Shown: positions 36,993-48,548, counted from the first letter of the stretch. The stretch: 64,000 nucleotides of DNA from Patescibacteria group bacterium (GCA_018814025.1 JAHJAM010000002.1:2798-66797), one strand, 5' to 3'. The notes: a model not told the origin generated them from the letters alone. Made by a program: numbers and translations.

Positions 36993-38732
36993 ATGCAAAA
37001 ACGCTGGTCTTTGGCCAAGCCGATTTCGCTGGAGGTAAAAAAACAAAACCCGGATCTTGATCCGGTGGTTTTGCAATTGCTGTGGAATCGGGGTTTGCGC
37101 CAGCCAGAAGAAATCGCCGCGTTTCTCACTCCAGATTGGCTGACCGGGGCGCATGACCCATGGTTGTTTTCCAATATGCGCGCGGCCGTGGATCGGGTTT
37201 ATCAAGCCTTGGACAAAGGCGAAGTGATTACCGTGCACGGCGATTATGACGCTGACGGCGTCTGCGGCACCGCGGTTTTGGTCAGTACTTTGCGAGAGAT
37301 TATCAGGAAAATAGGCGGCGATGAGAAAAAGATCACGGCCTTTATTCCGCATCGGGAAAGAGACGGCTACGGTATGTCGACGGCCACTATGGATAAGTTG
37401 GATGAAGAGTATCAAACCAAACTGGTGATTACGGTTGATTGCGGGATCAGCAATCAACCGGCGATTGATCTGGGTCGGACGAAAAATATCGATACGATTG
37501 TTTGCGACCACCATACGGTGCCGGCGGAATTGCCGGAGTCGGCAATTTTAATTCATCCGCAAGTCGCGGGCGAGGCCTATCCCTTCAAGGAACTTTGCGG
37601 TACGGCCGTGGGCTTTAAGCTGGCCAGCGCTTTGATTCACGAAGCGCAAAAACGCGGCCTGGCTTTTCCCGCCGGCCAGGAAAAATGGCTTTTGGATTTG
37701 GTGGCTATTGCGACCGTCACGGATGTGATGCCGCTGCTGGGCGAAAATCGGGTGTTGGAACATTTCGGACTGAAGGTTTTGAATAAGACTCGGCGGCCGG
37801 GCCTGCGGAAATTAGTGGAAGTGGCGGGCAGCCGGTTTGGGGCCTTGGATACGGTCTCGATCGGTTTTCAAATCGGGCCGCGGTTGAACGCGGCCGGGCG
37901 GCTGGCTGAGGCGAAATTGGCCGCTGATTTGCTTTTGGCTGAAGATCAGGCCGAGGCTTTGGGTTTGGCTCAGCAATTGCATCAGATTAATACGGAGCGG
38001 CAAAAAGCGTCCAAAGAAATTTTTGAGCAGGCCTTGGCTCAAGTGGGGGAGCTCGGGGATCGAAAATTAATCACGGTGGTGGGCGAGGACTGGCCGGCCG
38101 GCCTGGTGGGCTTGGTGGCGGGAAAATTAGCCTCAAAGTTTTATCGGCCCGCGTACGCGATTACCAAGAGCGAGACCGGATATGTGGGTTCCGGGCGGGG
38201 CATCGAAGGATTTAACGTGACCGAGGCTTTGCAGGCGGCCAGTGAATATTTGGATAAATTCGGCGGCCATCCCCAAGCTTGCGGCTTTTCGACTGCCGGC
38301 CCGGATCGTTTAGAAAAATTGATCGCTAAGCTGCACGAGACGGCCGAGCAGCGGTTGCAGGCCGATGATTTGCGGCCCAGGGTTGAAGTTGAGGCCGAAG
38401 TTGATTTGGGGGAGATTGATTGGGATTTTTATCAGCAAATTCAACAACTGGCGCCGTTTGGCACGGCCAATCCGGAACCGGTGTTCATGAGCAGCGGCTT
38501 ATCGGTTTTCGGTTATGATTTGGTGGGGGCGGAGGACAAGCATCTGCGGCTGACGGTCAGGACAAAGAATGGTAAAATAGTGAAGCTGATCGGTTTTGGT
38601 TTCGGCGACCGGGCTAAAGATTTGCAGCGGGACGATTTAGTGGATGCGGTGTATCAAATCGACGTGAACACGTGGAACGGCCGGCGCGAGCTGCAATATA
38701 AGCTGGTGGATTTAAGAAAACATCAAATATGA
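36993..38732 (+). CDS. recJ: single-stranded-DNA-specific exonuclease RecJ
   Basis: DHH motifs (VHGDYDADGVCGTAVL, DHH at ~37510) and a DHHA1 domain. Confidence 0.9.
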   Translation: MQKRWSLAKPISLEVKKQNPDLDPVVLQLLWNRGLRQPEEIAAFLTPDWLTGAHDPWLFSNMRAAVDRVYQALDKGEVITVHGDYDADGVCGTAVLVSTLREIIRKIGGDEKKITAFIPHRERDGYGMSTATMDKLDEEYQTKLVITVDCGISNQPAIDLGRTKNIDTIVCDHHTVPAELPESAILIHPQVAGEAYPFKELCGTAVGFKLASALIHEAQKRGLAFPAGQEKWLLDLVAIATVTDVMPLLGENRVLEHFGLKVLNKTRRPGLRKLVEVAGSRFGALDTVSIGFQIGPRLNAAGRLAEAKLAADLLLAEDQAEALGLAQQLHQINTERQKASKEIFEQALAQVGELGDRKLITVVGEDWPAGLVGLVAGKLASKFYRPAYAITKSETGYVGSGRGIEGFNVTEALQAASEYLDKFGGHPQACGFSTAGPDRLEKLIAKLHETAEQRLQADDLRPRVEVEAEVDLGEIDWDFYQQIQQLAPFGTANPEPVFMSSGLSVFGYDLVGAEDKHLRLTVRTKNGKIVKLIGFGFGDRAKDLQRDDLVDAVYQIDVNTWNGRRELQYKLVDLRKHQI

Positions 38733-39130
38733 AAATTCGAATCTATTCCGACGGAGGATCAAGAGGGAATCCGGGGCCGTCCGCGGCCGCGGCGGTTTTG
38801 ATGAATCCGGAAAATAAAAAAGTGCTGGCCACGGTGGCTGAATACGTGGGCGAGACCACGAATAATCAAGCCGAGTATTACGGCGTGATTATGGGCTTGA
38901 AAAAGGCCAAAGAACTGGGGGTGAAGGAGGTTGAGGTTTATATGGACTCGGAGTTGGCCATCAAGCAGTTGAAAGGCGAGTACCGGGTTAAGAATTCAGA
39001 GTTAGCCAAGCGGTTTTTGGAGGTGCACAATCTTATTCAGGAGTTTCATCAGGTGACTTATCAACATGTGACGCGGGACAAGAATCAACAAGCCGATGCT
39101 TTGGTGAATAAGATTTTGGATGAGCGTTAG
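38729..39130 (+). CDS. rnhA: ribonuclease HI
   Basis: IYSDGGSRGNPGPSAAAAVL and the catalytic DEDD pattern; the start overlaps the recJ stop. Confidence 0.85.
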   Translation: MKIRIYSDGGSRGNPGPSAAAAVLMNPENKKVLATVAEYVGETTNNQAEYYGVIMGLKKAKELGVKEVEVYMDSELAIKQLKGEYRVKNSELAKRFLEVHNLIQEFHQVTYQHVTRDKNQQADALVNKILDER

Positions 39131-39227
39131 GCTGGGGGCTGGTAAACAGGAACTGGGTGTTGGAGGGTTTTTTATTCCCAACTCCTAGTTACCAGTCGCG
39201 AGTTACTTATGATATAATATTTTCACT

Positions 39228-40349
39228 ATGGGATTATTTGGAGGCGCAAAAAAGGATAGCTACCTCGGCATTGATATTGGTGCCGGGGGTATTAAGTTAG
39301 TGGAGCTGGCCAATGAAAAGGGCCGGGCCACGGTTTTAACTTACGGCTATTCCGTGCGCCAGCCGGGCGAGGCCGTGACTTCGCCGTTTGACGATGTCAA
39401 AGGCACGGGCGAAACTTTAGCGAAACTTTGCGATCAGGCCGGAACTAAATCCAAGCGGGCCATGGCGGCTTTGCCGATTTCCAGCGTGTTCACCGCGATT
39501 ATCTCGATTCCCCGGCGCAAGGAGGAAAAAGAAATGAAACCGCTGATTGACGCGCAAGTTTCCAAGCTCACTCCCTTGCCGCTGTCGGATATGATCACTT
39601 ATTCGACTTTTATCGATAATTTGAAAGAAGATAAAACTCAGAAGGCTCAGGGGCTGACGCCGGGGCAAACGGCGGCGGCGGCGCGCAAAAAAGATTACGT
39701 GCGAGTGTTGGTGACGGGGGCGGCCAAGAGTTTGGTGCAAAAATACATTGAGATTTTTAAGATCGCCAAATTGGAATTGCAAGCGATTGATACGGAAGCG
39801 TTCGCCTTGATTCGGGCTTTGGTGGGCAAAGACAAAAGTTCTATCATGCTTCTGGATATCGGTTCCATGCGCACGAATATCACCATCGTGGAAAAAGGGA
39901 TTCCGTTTTTGACGCGGAGCATCAATGTGGGCGGCAGTGCGGTGACCAAACGGATTATGGAACAAACCGGCTTGCCTGAAGATCAAGCCGAGCAGATGAA
40001 AATGGATTTGGCTTCGGCCGAGGCAACCGGCCAAACCGCGGCCGGGGGCATGCCGGCCATTTTGGAAGCGGCCATGCAGCCGATTTTGAATGAAATCAAT
40101 TACAGCTTTCAATTGTATGAAAAGATGGAGCTGACGGAAATGAAACGCGTGGAAAAGGTGATTGTGACCGGCGGCTCCTCGCATTTGCCGCGCGTGCCCG
40201 AGTATTTTTCCGAAAAATTGAACTTGAATGTTTATCGGGGCGATCCCTGGGCCCGAGTGGCCGTGCCGCATGATTTGCGGCCGGTGCTGGATGAGATTGG
40301 TCCGCGCATGAGTATCGCGATCGGCTTGGCCATGAGGGAGATGGATTAG
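39228..40349 (+). CDS. pilM: type IV pilus assembly ATPase-like protein PilM
   Basis: Actin-like fold, YLGIDIGAGGIKLVEL. Confidence 0.85.
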   Translation: MGLFGGAKKDSYLGIDIGAGGIKLVELANEKGRATVLTYGYSVRQPGEAVTSPFDDVKGTGETLAKLCDQAGTKSKRAMAALPISSVFTAIISIPRRKEEKEMKPLIDAQVSKLTPLPLSDMITYSTFIDNLKEDKTQKAQGLTPGQTAAAARKKDYVRVLVTGAAKSLVQKYIEIFKIAKLELQAIDTEAFALIRALVGKDKSSIMLLDIGSMRTNITIVEKGIPFLTRSINVGGSAVTKRIMEQTGLPEDQAEQMKMDLASAEATGQTAAGGMPAILEAAMQPILNEINYSFQLYEKMELTEMKRVEKVIVTGGSSHLPRVPEYFSEKLNLNVYRGDPWARVAVPHDLRPVLDEIGPRMSIAIGLAMREMD

Positions 40350-40350
40350 T

Positions 40351-40737
40351 ATGAAAGAAAAAAGAACAGTGTTGATTCTGGATCGGGATGCGTACACGGC
40401 CGGCTTGTACGCTCGAAAGTTCGAGCAGGAAAAGTGGCAAGTTAAAATTGTGGATGATTTGGATCAAGCGTTGAGTTATTTGAAAAGCCATGAACCGGAA
40501 GCCTTTGTGTTCGATCATCAGAGTTTGTCAGATCTGAAAGTTGACGCGGCGGACTTCGCGCACCGGACCAGGCGGACCGACAGTTTGCTGGCCGTGCTGA
40601 TCGAAATGGACAAGGTGGTTTATCCGGATCAAACAGTTGAAGAGTACGAGGCTGACACTTATTTATTAAAAGGGCACTTCGTGCCTTCGGAAGCCGTGGC
40701 CAAGATTTCTCGTTTGGTTGATGAAGCCGAGGACTAA
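40351..40737 (+). CDS. receiver-domain-like protein (CheY-like) in pil cluster
   Basis: VLILDRD...VKIVDDL has a receiver-like beta-alpha pattern with acidic residues. The ATG lies 1 nt after the pilM stop. Confidence 0.4.
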   Translation: MKEKRTVLILDRDAYTAGLYARKFEQEKWQVKIVDDLDQALSYLKSHEPEAFVFDHQSLSDLKVDAADFAHRTRRTDSLLAVLIEMDKVVYPDQTVEEYEADTYLLKGHFVPSEAVAKISRLVDEAED

Positions 40738-40759
40738 TGGTAAAATTATTTATAATATG

Positions 40760-40906
40760 CCCAGTAGGACAACTTCGATGAAGTTGCATTTTTACCCACG
40801 CTGGGTCAAGACCCAAGGTCTGAACAGACAAGAAGTTTAATTAGTTTAATTAGAATGCAACTTCCTACGGAAATTCACGTAAAAATATCGAAGTTGTACT
40901 ACTGGG
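40760..40906. repeat. ~147-bp nested imperfect palindrome abutting the pilin start codon
   Basis: The outer 20-bp arms are cccagtaggacaacttcgat (40760-79) and atcgaagttgtactactggg (40887-906), with 1 mismatch. The inner 11-bp arms are gaagttgcatt (40780-90) and aatgcaacttc (40854-64). The central hairpin is GGGTCaaGACCC. The pilin ATG is at 40908. Confidence 0.7.
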
Positions 40907-40907
40907 T

Positions 40908-41417
40908 ATGAACGACCAAAAAGGTTTTACTCTAATCGAAGTTCTGATTGTGGCGGGCGTGATTCTGGTGATTGGAATTTTTTCGGCCTTGGCCGTGAAT
41001 TCAGCGCGTTCTAAATCGCGCGATGCCGTGCGCTTGTCGCAAGTGCGCATGCTGCAGTCGGCCCTGGAGGATTTTTACAATGAAAATAACGGTTATCCCA
41101 GGGATCAAGGCATTCCTTTGGGCGATGCCACGCAAAGCGCGTGTCTGGGAGCGGCCGGTTTTCAGGCTGATTGTTCGACTGATCGAGCGGTATTGCTGCG
41201 GGCGGTCATGGGGACGGTGGAATCAGGCTTGAAAGATCAAGTGATTTGCGGCACGCCGGCGCGCAATGCTTTTTGTTATTCCCAACTGCTTGACGCTTCC
41301 ACTTACCGCATTCAATTCGAGTTAGAAAACAACTGGAATCAAGTCGGCTTGATTCAGGGCATTAATTGTGCGTATCCGGATGGTATTGAGGCCGGCCGCT
41401 GTCGATTAGAGATTTAG
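40908..41417 (+). CDS. type IV pilin (prepilin-type N-terminal cleavage/methylation domain)
   Basis: The N-terminus KGFTLIEVLIVAGVILVI carries the class III signal (G|FTLIE). Confidence 0.8.
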   Translation: MNDQKGFTLIEVLIVAGVILVIGIFSALAVNSARSKSRDAVRLSQVRMLQSALEDFYNENNGYPRDQGIPLGDATQSACLGAAGFQADCSTDRAVLLRAVMGTVESGLKDQVICGTPARNAFCYSQLLDASTYRIQFELENNWNQVGLIQGINCAYPDGIEAGRCRLEI

Positions 41418-41422
41418 TTTTT

Positions 41423-42265
41423 ATGATGTGGTCAATAATTTTCGTTTTTTTAATCGGTCTGTCCGTGGGCAGTTTTTTAAATGTAGTGGTTTTTCGCGCG
41501 CGCAGCGAAGATACCATCGGCGGCCGGTCCAAATGCCAGCACTGCGGGGTTGAGCTGCGAGCTCAGGACATGATCCCGGTGGTCAGCTATTTTGTGCTGG
41601 GCGGACGCTGTCGCAACTGCAATAAACCGATTTCCATCCAGTATCCGCTGGTGGAATTTTGTACCGCGATTTTGTTTTGTTTGTTTTTCTTGCGATATTA
41701 TTACGGCTTTTCCTTGCCCATCGGCTTGGATGTGACCCAATCAATCGTCTATTTGCTGCGCGATTTGCTGTTCACCGTGTTTTTGATCGTCCTGTTCGTT
41801 TACGACCTTCGTTATTATTTGATCTTGGACCGTTTTTCCATCCCGGCCATGGTCATTGCCTTGGTGGTGAATTATTTTTTAGGCCTTCCCATTTTGTCCA
41901 TGTTAAGCGGTGCCGTGATTATCGGCGGCTTTTTCTTGTTTCAGTTTTTGATTTCTAAGGGTCGCTGGATCGGCGGCGGGGACGTGCGCATGGGCTTGCT
42001 GATGGGCATTATTTTGGGCTTGCGCGAAGGCTTGGTGGCTTTGGTGCTGGCTTACGCGGTGGGCGCTTTGGTGGGCATCTTTTTACTTTTGGGGCAAAAA
42101 GTTGAGATGCAGTCCAAGGTTCCGTTTGGCAGTTTTCTGGCTTTAACCACGATTATTATGCTTTTGGCCGGCGTGGCCTTGATTGATTGGTATATCAGCA
42201 TGGTGGGCATTCCGCCGGAGATAATTGATTTTCTTTCGCAGCCGCCCGTGCCCATGAAGTTCTAA
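41423..42265 (+). CDS. pilD: prepilin peptidase (A24 family)
   Basis: N-terminal zinc-ribbon Cys pairs (CQHCG...CRNC) and multi-TM peptidase A24 catalytic Asp residues. Confidence 0.85.
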   Translation: MMWSIIFVFLIGLSVGSFLNVVVFRARSEDTIGGRSKCQHCGVELRAQDMIPVVSYFVLGGRCRNCNKPISIQYPLVEFCTAILFCLFFLRYYYGFSLPIGLDVTQSIVYLLRDLLFTVFLIVLFVYDLRYYLILDRFSIPAMVIALVVNYFLGLPILSMLSGAVIIGGFFLFQFLISKGRWIGGGDVRMGLLMGIILGLREGLVALVLAYAVGALVGIFLLLGQKVEMQSKVPFGSFLALTTIIMLLAGVALIDWYISMVGIPPEIIDFLSQPPVPMKF

Positions 42266-42314
42266 GTTAAACCGCCCCCGCCGTTGGCGAGGGCGGTTTT
42301 TTAGTATAAAATAG

Positions 42315-44315
<2,001 letters not shown>

Positions 44316-44326
44316 GGTATAAGGGT

Positions 44327-44698
44327 ATGCAAATAAAAACTCGGACATTTGTTGATCTGGTTGTTTGGCAGCAGGCTCATAAGTTCGTACTTTCTTTGTA
44401 TCAGTTAACAAAAAGTTTTCCTGATACTGAAAGGTACGGACTGGTTACTCAATTGAGGAGAGCGGGTGTATCAGTAACATCTAACATTGCTGAGGGTTAT
44501 ACACGTTTTGGTCGAAAAAATAAGGCTCATTTTTACACGATGTCACAAGCATCATTAACTGAGATTCAAAATCAGTTGATATTATCAAGGGATTTAGGTT
44601 ATATTTCTAGCGAAAATTATGATAGACTTTGGGAACATACGTTAGATATTTATCGAATGTTAAATATATTAATTAGAAGTGTGAAAGTAAATCCCTGA
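44327..44698 (+). CDS. four-helix-bundle protein (23S rRNA intervening-sequence protein family)
   Basis: QLRRAGVSVTSNIAEGY...S..E..NQL is the hallmark of this family. The gene is AT-rich and is flanked by inverted copies of the GTAGGTAGGGT motif (44304-44326 and 44699-44726). Confidence 0.75.
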   Translation: MQIKTRTFVDLVVWQQAHKFVLSLYQLTKSFPDTERYGLVTQLRRAGVSVTSNIAEGYTRFGRKNKAHFYTMSQASLTEIQNQLILSRDLGYISSENYDRLWEHTLDIYRMLNILIRSVKVNP

Positions 44699-44730
44699 TA
44701 CCCTACCTACTTTTGCCCTACCTCCTATTT

Positions 44731-45036
44731 ATGAAATTATCCAAAGAAGAAGTGGAACACGTAGCGCAACTGGCGCGTCTGAAATTAACTCCGGAGGAAG
44801 CCGAGAAGTATCAAGGGCAATTGGGCTCGATTTTGGAGTATGTGGAAAAATTAAACGAGCTGGATGTGAAGTCCGTGCCGGAAATGCAGCACGCGGCCGG
44901 ATCAGCTAATGTGTTTCGCGATGACGAAGTGGAAGGAAGTGATCAAGACACTCGTGAGCGGATTGTTGAAGCATTTCCGCAAAAAGAAGGAGATTTGCTG
45001 GAGGTGCAGGCCGTTTTTGAAAATCAAGAAACTTAA
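44731..45036 (+). CDS. gatC: Asp/Glu-tRNA amidotransferase subunit C
   Basis: MKLSKEEVEHVAQLARLKLTPEE is the typical GatC N-terminus. Confidence 0.85.
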   Translation: MKLSKEEVEHVAQLARLKLTPEEAEKYQGQLGSILEYVEKLNELDVKSVPEMQHAAGSANVFRDDEVEGSDQDTRERIVEAFPQKEGDLLEVQAVFENQET

Positions 45037-45043
45037 ATATACA

Positions 45044-45130
45044 GACCCCCTCCCAGCCTCCCCCTTGGTAAGGGGGAGGAGTAACCGAGGGTTCCCCTTC
45101 CTTACCAAGGAGGGGGTTAGGGGGAGGTCT
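45044..45130. repeat. GC-rich double hairpin / imperfect inverted repeat between gatC and gatA
   Basis: The two elements are CCCCCTTggtAAGGGGGAGG and CCCCTTCCTTaccAAGGAGGGGG. The outer arms gaccccctcccagcctcc and ggagggggttagggggaggtc pair to give a cruciform-capable element. Confidence 0.6.
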
Positions 45131-45140
45131 TGAGAATATT

Positions 45141-46586
45141 ATGGACATATCAACAATGACAATCCGCAAAGCTTTGGACCAAATGCAAGCCGGAGAATTT
45201 ACGGCCAAGGATTTAGTTCAGGCTTGCTTGGATAGTATCGAATCGAAAAATGAAAATTTGAACGCGCTCTTGAGCGTGGCGGATTCGGCTTTGGCGCAAG
45301 CGGACGCAATCGACCGGAAGCGCGCGGCCGGTGAAGAACTGGGCGCTTTGGCCGGGATCCCAATCGTGATTAAAGATAATATTTTAGTGAAGGGTTGGAC
45401 CGCTTCCGCGGGCTCGCGGATTTTAGAAGATTATCAGGCCAGCTATGACGCGACCGTGATTAAGAGGTTGCGCCAAGCTGACGCAATCTTGATTGGCCGG
45501 GCCAACATGGATGAATTTGCCATGGGTTCATCGGGCGAAACTTCGCATTACGGCCCCACTAAAAATCCTTGGGACGAAACCAAGGTGCCGGGGGGGTCGA
45601 GCAGCGGATCATGCGCGGCCGTGGCTTCAGGCATGGCCCTGGGAGCCTTGGGAACGGACACAGGCGGTTCTATCCGCCAACCGGCGAGCTTGTGCGGTTT
45701 AACCGGTTTGAAGCCCACCTATGGCCGGGTTTCCCGATATGGGGCCGTGGCCATGTGCTCAAGCCATGATCAAATCGGGCCCATCGCCAAGACCGCGGAA
45801 GATGCGGCTTTGATTTTGGCTGTGATTGAGGGTTCGGATGCCAAGGACGCAACCAGCGTGGCGGGCACGGATGTGTTTATCCCGGAGTTGGTACAAAAAG
45901 ATTTGAAAGGCGTGAAAATCGGCATTCCGAAAGAGTATTTTCTGGCCGGTATGGATCCGGCCGTGGAAAAAGCCGTGCGCGAGGGCATTGAAGAATTGAA
46001 AAAAGGCGGGGCCGAGATCACGGAGGTTTCCCTGCCGCATACGGAGTACGGTTTGGCCGCTTATTATCTTTTAATGCCGGCCGAAGCCAGTTCGAATTTG
46101 GGACGCTATGACGGCGTGCGCTATGCCTATTCATCTAACGGCAACGATTTAATCGACAGCTACGCGCGCACGCGTGGCGAGGGTTTCGGCGCGGAGGTGA
46201 AGCGGCGGATTATGCTCGGCACTTATGCCTTGTCCGCGGGTTATTATGACGCGTATTATCGGAAGGCTTTGAAAGTGCGCACCTTAATCAAACAAGATTT
46301 TGATGACGTGTTTAAGCAGGTTGATTTAATTGCTTGTCCGACCTCGCCCTCGGTGGCCTGGGATTTGGGCGCCAAGTTTGATGATCCGCTGACCATGTAT
46401 CTTTCCGACGTTTATACCATTACGGCTAACCTGGCGACTTTGCCGGGCATGTCCGTCCCGTGCGGCTTTAAGGATGGTTTGCCCATCGGTTTGCAATTTT
46501 TGGCTAAGCCGTTTGACGAAGCCAGTATTTTCCGCGCCGGCATGTTCTATCAATCGGCCACGGATTGGCACAAGAAAACACCATAA
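45141..46586 (+). CDS. gatA: Glu-tRNA(Gln) amidotransferase subunit A
   Basis: Amidase signature GGSSSGS and the Ser-cisSer-Lys triad context. Confidence 0.95.
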   Translation: MDISTMTIRKALDQMQAGEFTAKDLVQACLDSIESKNENLNALLSVADSALAQADAIDRKRAAGEELGALAGIPIVIKDNILVKGWTASAGSRILEDYQASYDATVIKRLRQADAILIGRANMDEFAMGSSGETSHYGPTKNPWDETKVPGGSSSGSCAAVASGMALGALGTDTGGSIRQPASLCGLTGLKPTYGRVSRYGAVAMCSSHDQIGPIAKTAEDAALILAVIEGSDAKDATSVAGTDVFIPELVQKDLKGVKIGIPKEYFLAGMDPAVEKAVREGIEELKKGGAEITEVSLPHTEYGLAAYYLLMPAEASSNLGRYDGVRYAYSSNGNDLIDSYARTRGEGFGAEVKRRIMLGTYALSAGYYDAYYRKALKVRTLIKQDFDDVFKQVDLIACPTSPSVAWDLGAKFDDPLTMYLSDVYTITANLATLPGMSVPCGFKDGLPIGLQFLAKPFDEASIFRAGMFYQSATDWHKKTP

Positions 46587-47227
46587 GTATGCCGGCCACG
46601 CATTTTTTTAAAACTAATCAGCCGGCCACGCGATTAATCGCCCAAGGTTTATTTTGGGCGTTTATTGTTTTAGCGATTCTGATGCAATTGGGCTGGATTG
46701 ACGTGGTGGATCATAACCAGGAATGGTTTTTAGTGTATATGCTCTTGCTGTCGGCTTTGGGTATGATGGGGCCGTTTATTATCGTTAATTTGATCCGCCC
46801 ATTGCGTGCTCGGATCACTGAGCAAGCGTTAGGTTTGATGGAGATGCTGGCGGGCGCGGCCATGGTGGCATCTTGGATTGGGGCCTTCGGCTTGTATCGC
46901 GACGGATTTGGCTATGATACTTTCGTGCATTTTTTTGCCTCCTTATGCTTGGTTTTGATCTTCGGTATAGCGCTGACGGTCTTTCCATTTTTTGCCAAAC
47001 GCGTTTGGCTGCTGCTTCTGCTGGTGGTGGTTTTGACTTTGCTGGGCGGGTTGCTCAATGAGATGTTTGAATATGCGGGCGATTTGCTGTTTACGACCAT
47101 GATGTACGGGGAAGCGGGCCAGCCGGATGACACGCTGCGGGATTTAATCGGCAATAGCGTGGGTGCGGTCATCGGCGTGGTAGTTTTGTATTTCGTCCGC
47201 GAGCGGTTGAATAAATATCTAGGTTAA
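46565..47227 (+). CDS. hypothetical integral membrane protein (in place of gatB)
   Basis: 5-6 TM segments; the start overlaps the gatA end, and an alternative ATG lies at 46589. Confidence 0.45.
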   Translation: MAQENTISMPATHFFKTNQPATRLIAQGLFWAFIVLAILMQLGWIDVVDHNQEWFLVYMLLLSALGMMGPFIIVNLIRPLRARITEQALGLMEMLAGAAMVASWIGAFGLYRDGFGYDTFVHFFASLCLVLIFGIALTVFPFFAKRVWLLLLLVVVLTLLGGLLNEMFEYAGDLLFTTMMYGEAGQPDDTLRDLIGNSVGAVIGVVVLYFVRERLNKYLG

Positions 47228-47240
47228 TCATATTGAGAGT

Positions 47241-47363
47241 AATTCGTCATTGCGAGGAGGGAGTGATTTATCGACTGACGAAGCAATCGCACGTCATATC
47301 ACGCAAATGATTAAACTTGAGATTGCTTCGCTACGACTGGCGACTTCGCTCGCAATGACTAAT
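47241..47363. repeat. structured repeat element, copy 1 (~120 bp) directly upstream of lgt
   Basis: It shares aattcgtcattg(c/t)gagga(g/a)ggagt...atcgactgacgaagcaat...cttgagattgcttcgct...cgctcgc(a/c)atgac with copy 2 at 61047-61155. It has terminal inverted repeats GTCATTGCGAG/CTCGCAATGAC and an inner pair CGAAGCAATC/GATTGCTTCG. Confidence 0.7.
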
Positions 47364-47367
47364 CCAT

Positions 47368-48126
47368 ATGATTCCATACTTTACGGCCACAACTTTTCAT
47401 CTCGGTCCGATCCCGATTCAGGTTTGGGGAACTTTGGTGGCTCTGGGAATTTTAGCCGGCACTTTTGCTTCGGCTTGGCTGGCTAAGCAACGAAAGCAAG
47501 ACGCGGGCTTGATTTGGGATTTGGCCACTTGGGTGATTCTAGGTGCTTTTGTCATGGCGCGCGTGTTTCATGTGTGGCTTTATAATTTCGATTATTATGC
47601 GGCTGATCCGACCAAGATATTCGTGATTTGGGAAGGCGGCTGGTCGATCATCGGTGGTTTTTTGGGGGCGGTCTTAGCCGGCGCATGGTATTTAAAAAAA
47701 CGCCAAGTGAATTTTGGGGAGTATGCGGACACCACAATTTTTGGTTTGCCTTTAGGCTTGTTCATCGGACGGATCGGATGCTTTTTGATTCATGATCATC
47801 CGGGCAAGATCACGAATTTCTTTTTGGGCGTGCAGTATCCGGATGGAATCATTCGCCACGATCACGGATTATATTTGTCCTTAAGCGGTTTGGGTTTGTT
47901 TGCGGCGTATCTGATTATGTGGAAATTGAAAATTGAAAAAGGATTGTTGCTGCCGGTATTTTTGTTGTGGTATGGGGCAGTCAGATTCGTTTTGGATTTT
48001 TATCGAGCCACGGACGGGTTGATTGTGGATGCCAGATATTGGGGTTTGACTCCGGCTCAGTTCGCGTCTTTGTTTATGATAGTGCTGGGGATAACTTTAT
48101 TAATAAGAAAAAGGAAGCATATTTAA
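47368..48126 (+). CDS. lgt: prolipoprotein diacylglyceryl transferase
   Basis: Typical Lgt N-terminus with HLGPIPIQVWG, the Lgt signature G..I(G)R.G.F.N.E in GLFIGRIGCFLIHDHPG, and 7 TM segments. Confidence 0.9.
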   Translation: MIPYFTATTFHLGPIPIQVWGTLVALGILAGTFASAWLAKQRKQDAGLIWDLATWVILGAFVMARVFHVWLYNFDYYAADPTKIFVIWEGGWSIIGGFLGAVLAGAWYLKKRQVNFGEYADTTIFGLPLGLFIGRIGCFLIHDHPGKITNFFLGVQYPDGIIRHDHGLYLSLSGLGLFAAYLIMWKLKIEKGLLLPVFLLWYGAVRFVLDFYRATDGLIVDARYWGLTPAQFASLFMIVLGITLLIRKRKHI

Positions 48127-48235
48127 TCACTGTCAAGGAATCAAAAATTTTTTATAAAAGCCTCTTAATAAGGGCTTTTTTCATATGCTTGTGGATAACT
48201 TGATAAATAAAGATAAATACGCTATGGTGGAAATA

Positions 48236-48548
48236 GGCAAGGGATTAGGTTGCAGGCCCATATTCCACAGCCAAACCGGCTTAGGGTAGGTCAACCCTAA
48301 GTTGGGTAGAACTGCCGCTGTCCGTTACTAGGAATAAGCGGTGGTGCGATCCGCACAAGCTCCGTGTTCTGGCCACACTCAGTACTGGTTCCTCGGCCAG
48401 CTGCTACCTGAAGCAGTCATCGCCCGGGTTTCCGACCTCTGAAGGGGATTTGGAAACGCGGGAGATAAGAGTGAAGATGTACACGGAGCTGGCGGAGACC
48501 AAATCCAAACAAAAAACACCCGACTGAGGTCGGGCGTTTTTTATTGCA
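48236..48548 (+). ncRNA. candidate structured non-coding RNA of unknown class (~310 nt)
   Basis: This is the largest ORF-free stretch in the window on both strands, and it is GC-rich. A TTGATA-18-TATGGT promoter lies upstream (48200-48229), and the region ends in a strong hairpin plus T-run terminator (48518-48543). It contains multiple internal helices, for example CTTAGGGT-aggtcaa-CCCTAAG, GTGCG-atc-CGCAC and CTGGCC...GGCCAG. The strand assignment is tentative. Confidence 0.35.

Noticed and set aside
36854-37060. ORF 36854..37060 (+) encoding GTKGARGAKGAS...
   Set aside because: This is the translation of the GGAGCTAA tandem array. It is low-complexity with no start context, and it overlaps the recJ start.
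48236-48548. RNase P RNA, tmRNA, SRP RNA or a cobalamin/TPP riboswitch as the identity of the ORF-free structured region
   Set aside because: The P4 partner strand (GGAAAGUCCGGGC), the tmRNA tRNA-like ends and tag frame, the SRP AGGUCCGGAAGGAAGCAGC motif, the B12 box and the TPP CUGAGA-ACCUGAUC core could not be found in a consistent order on either strand. I left it as unclassified.
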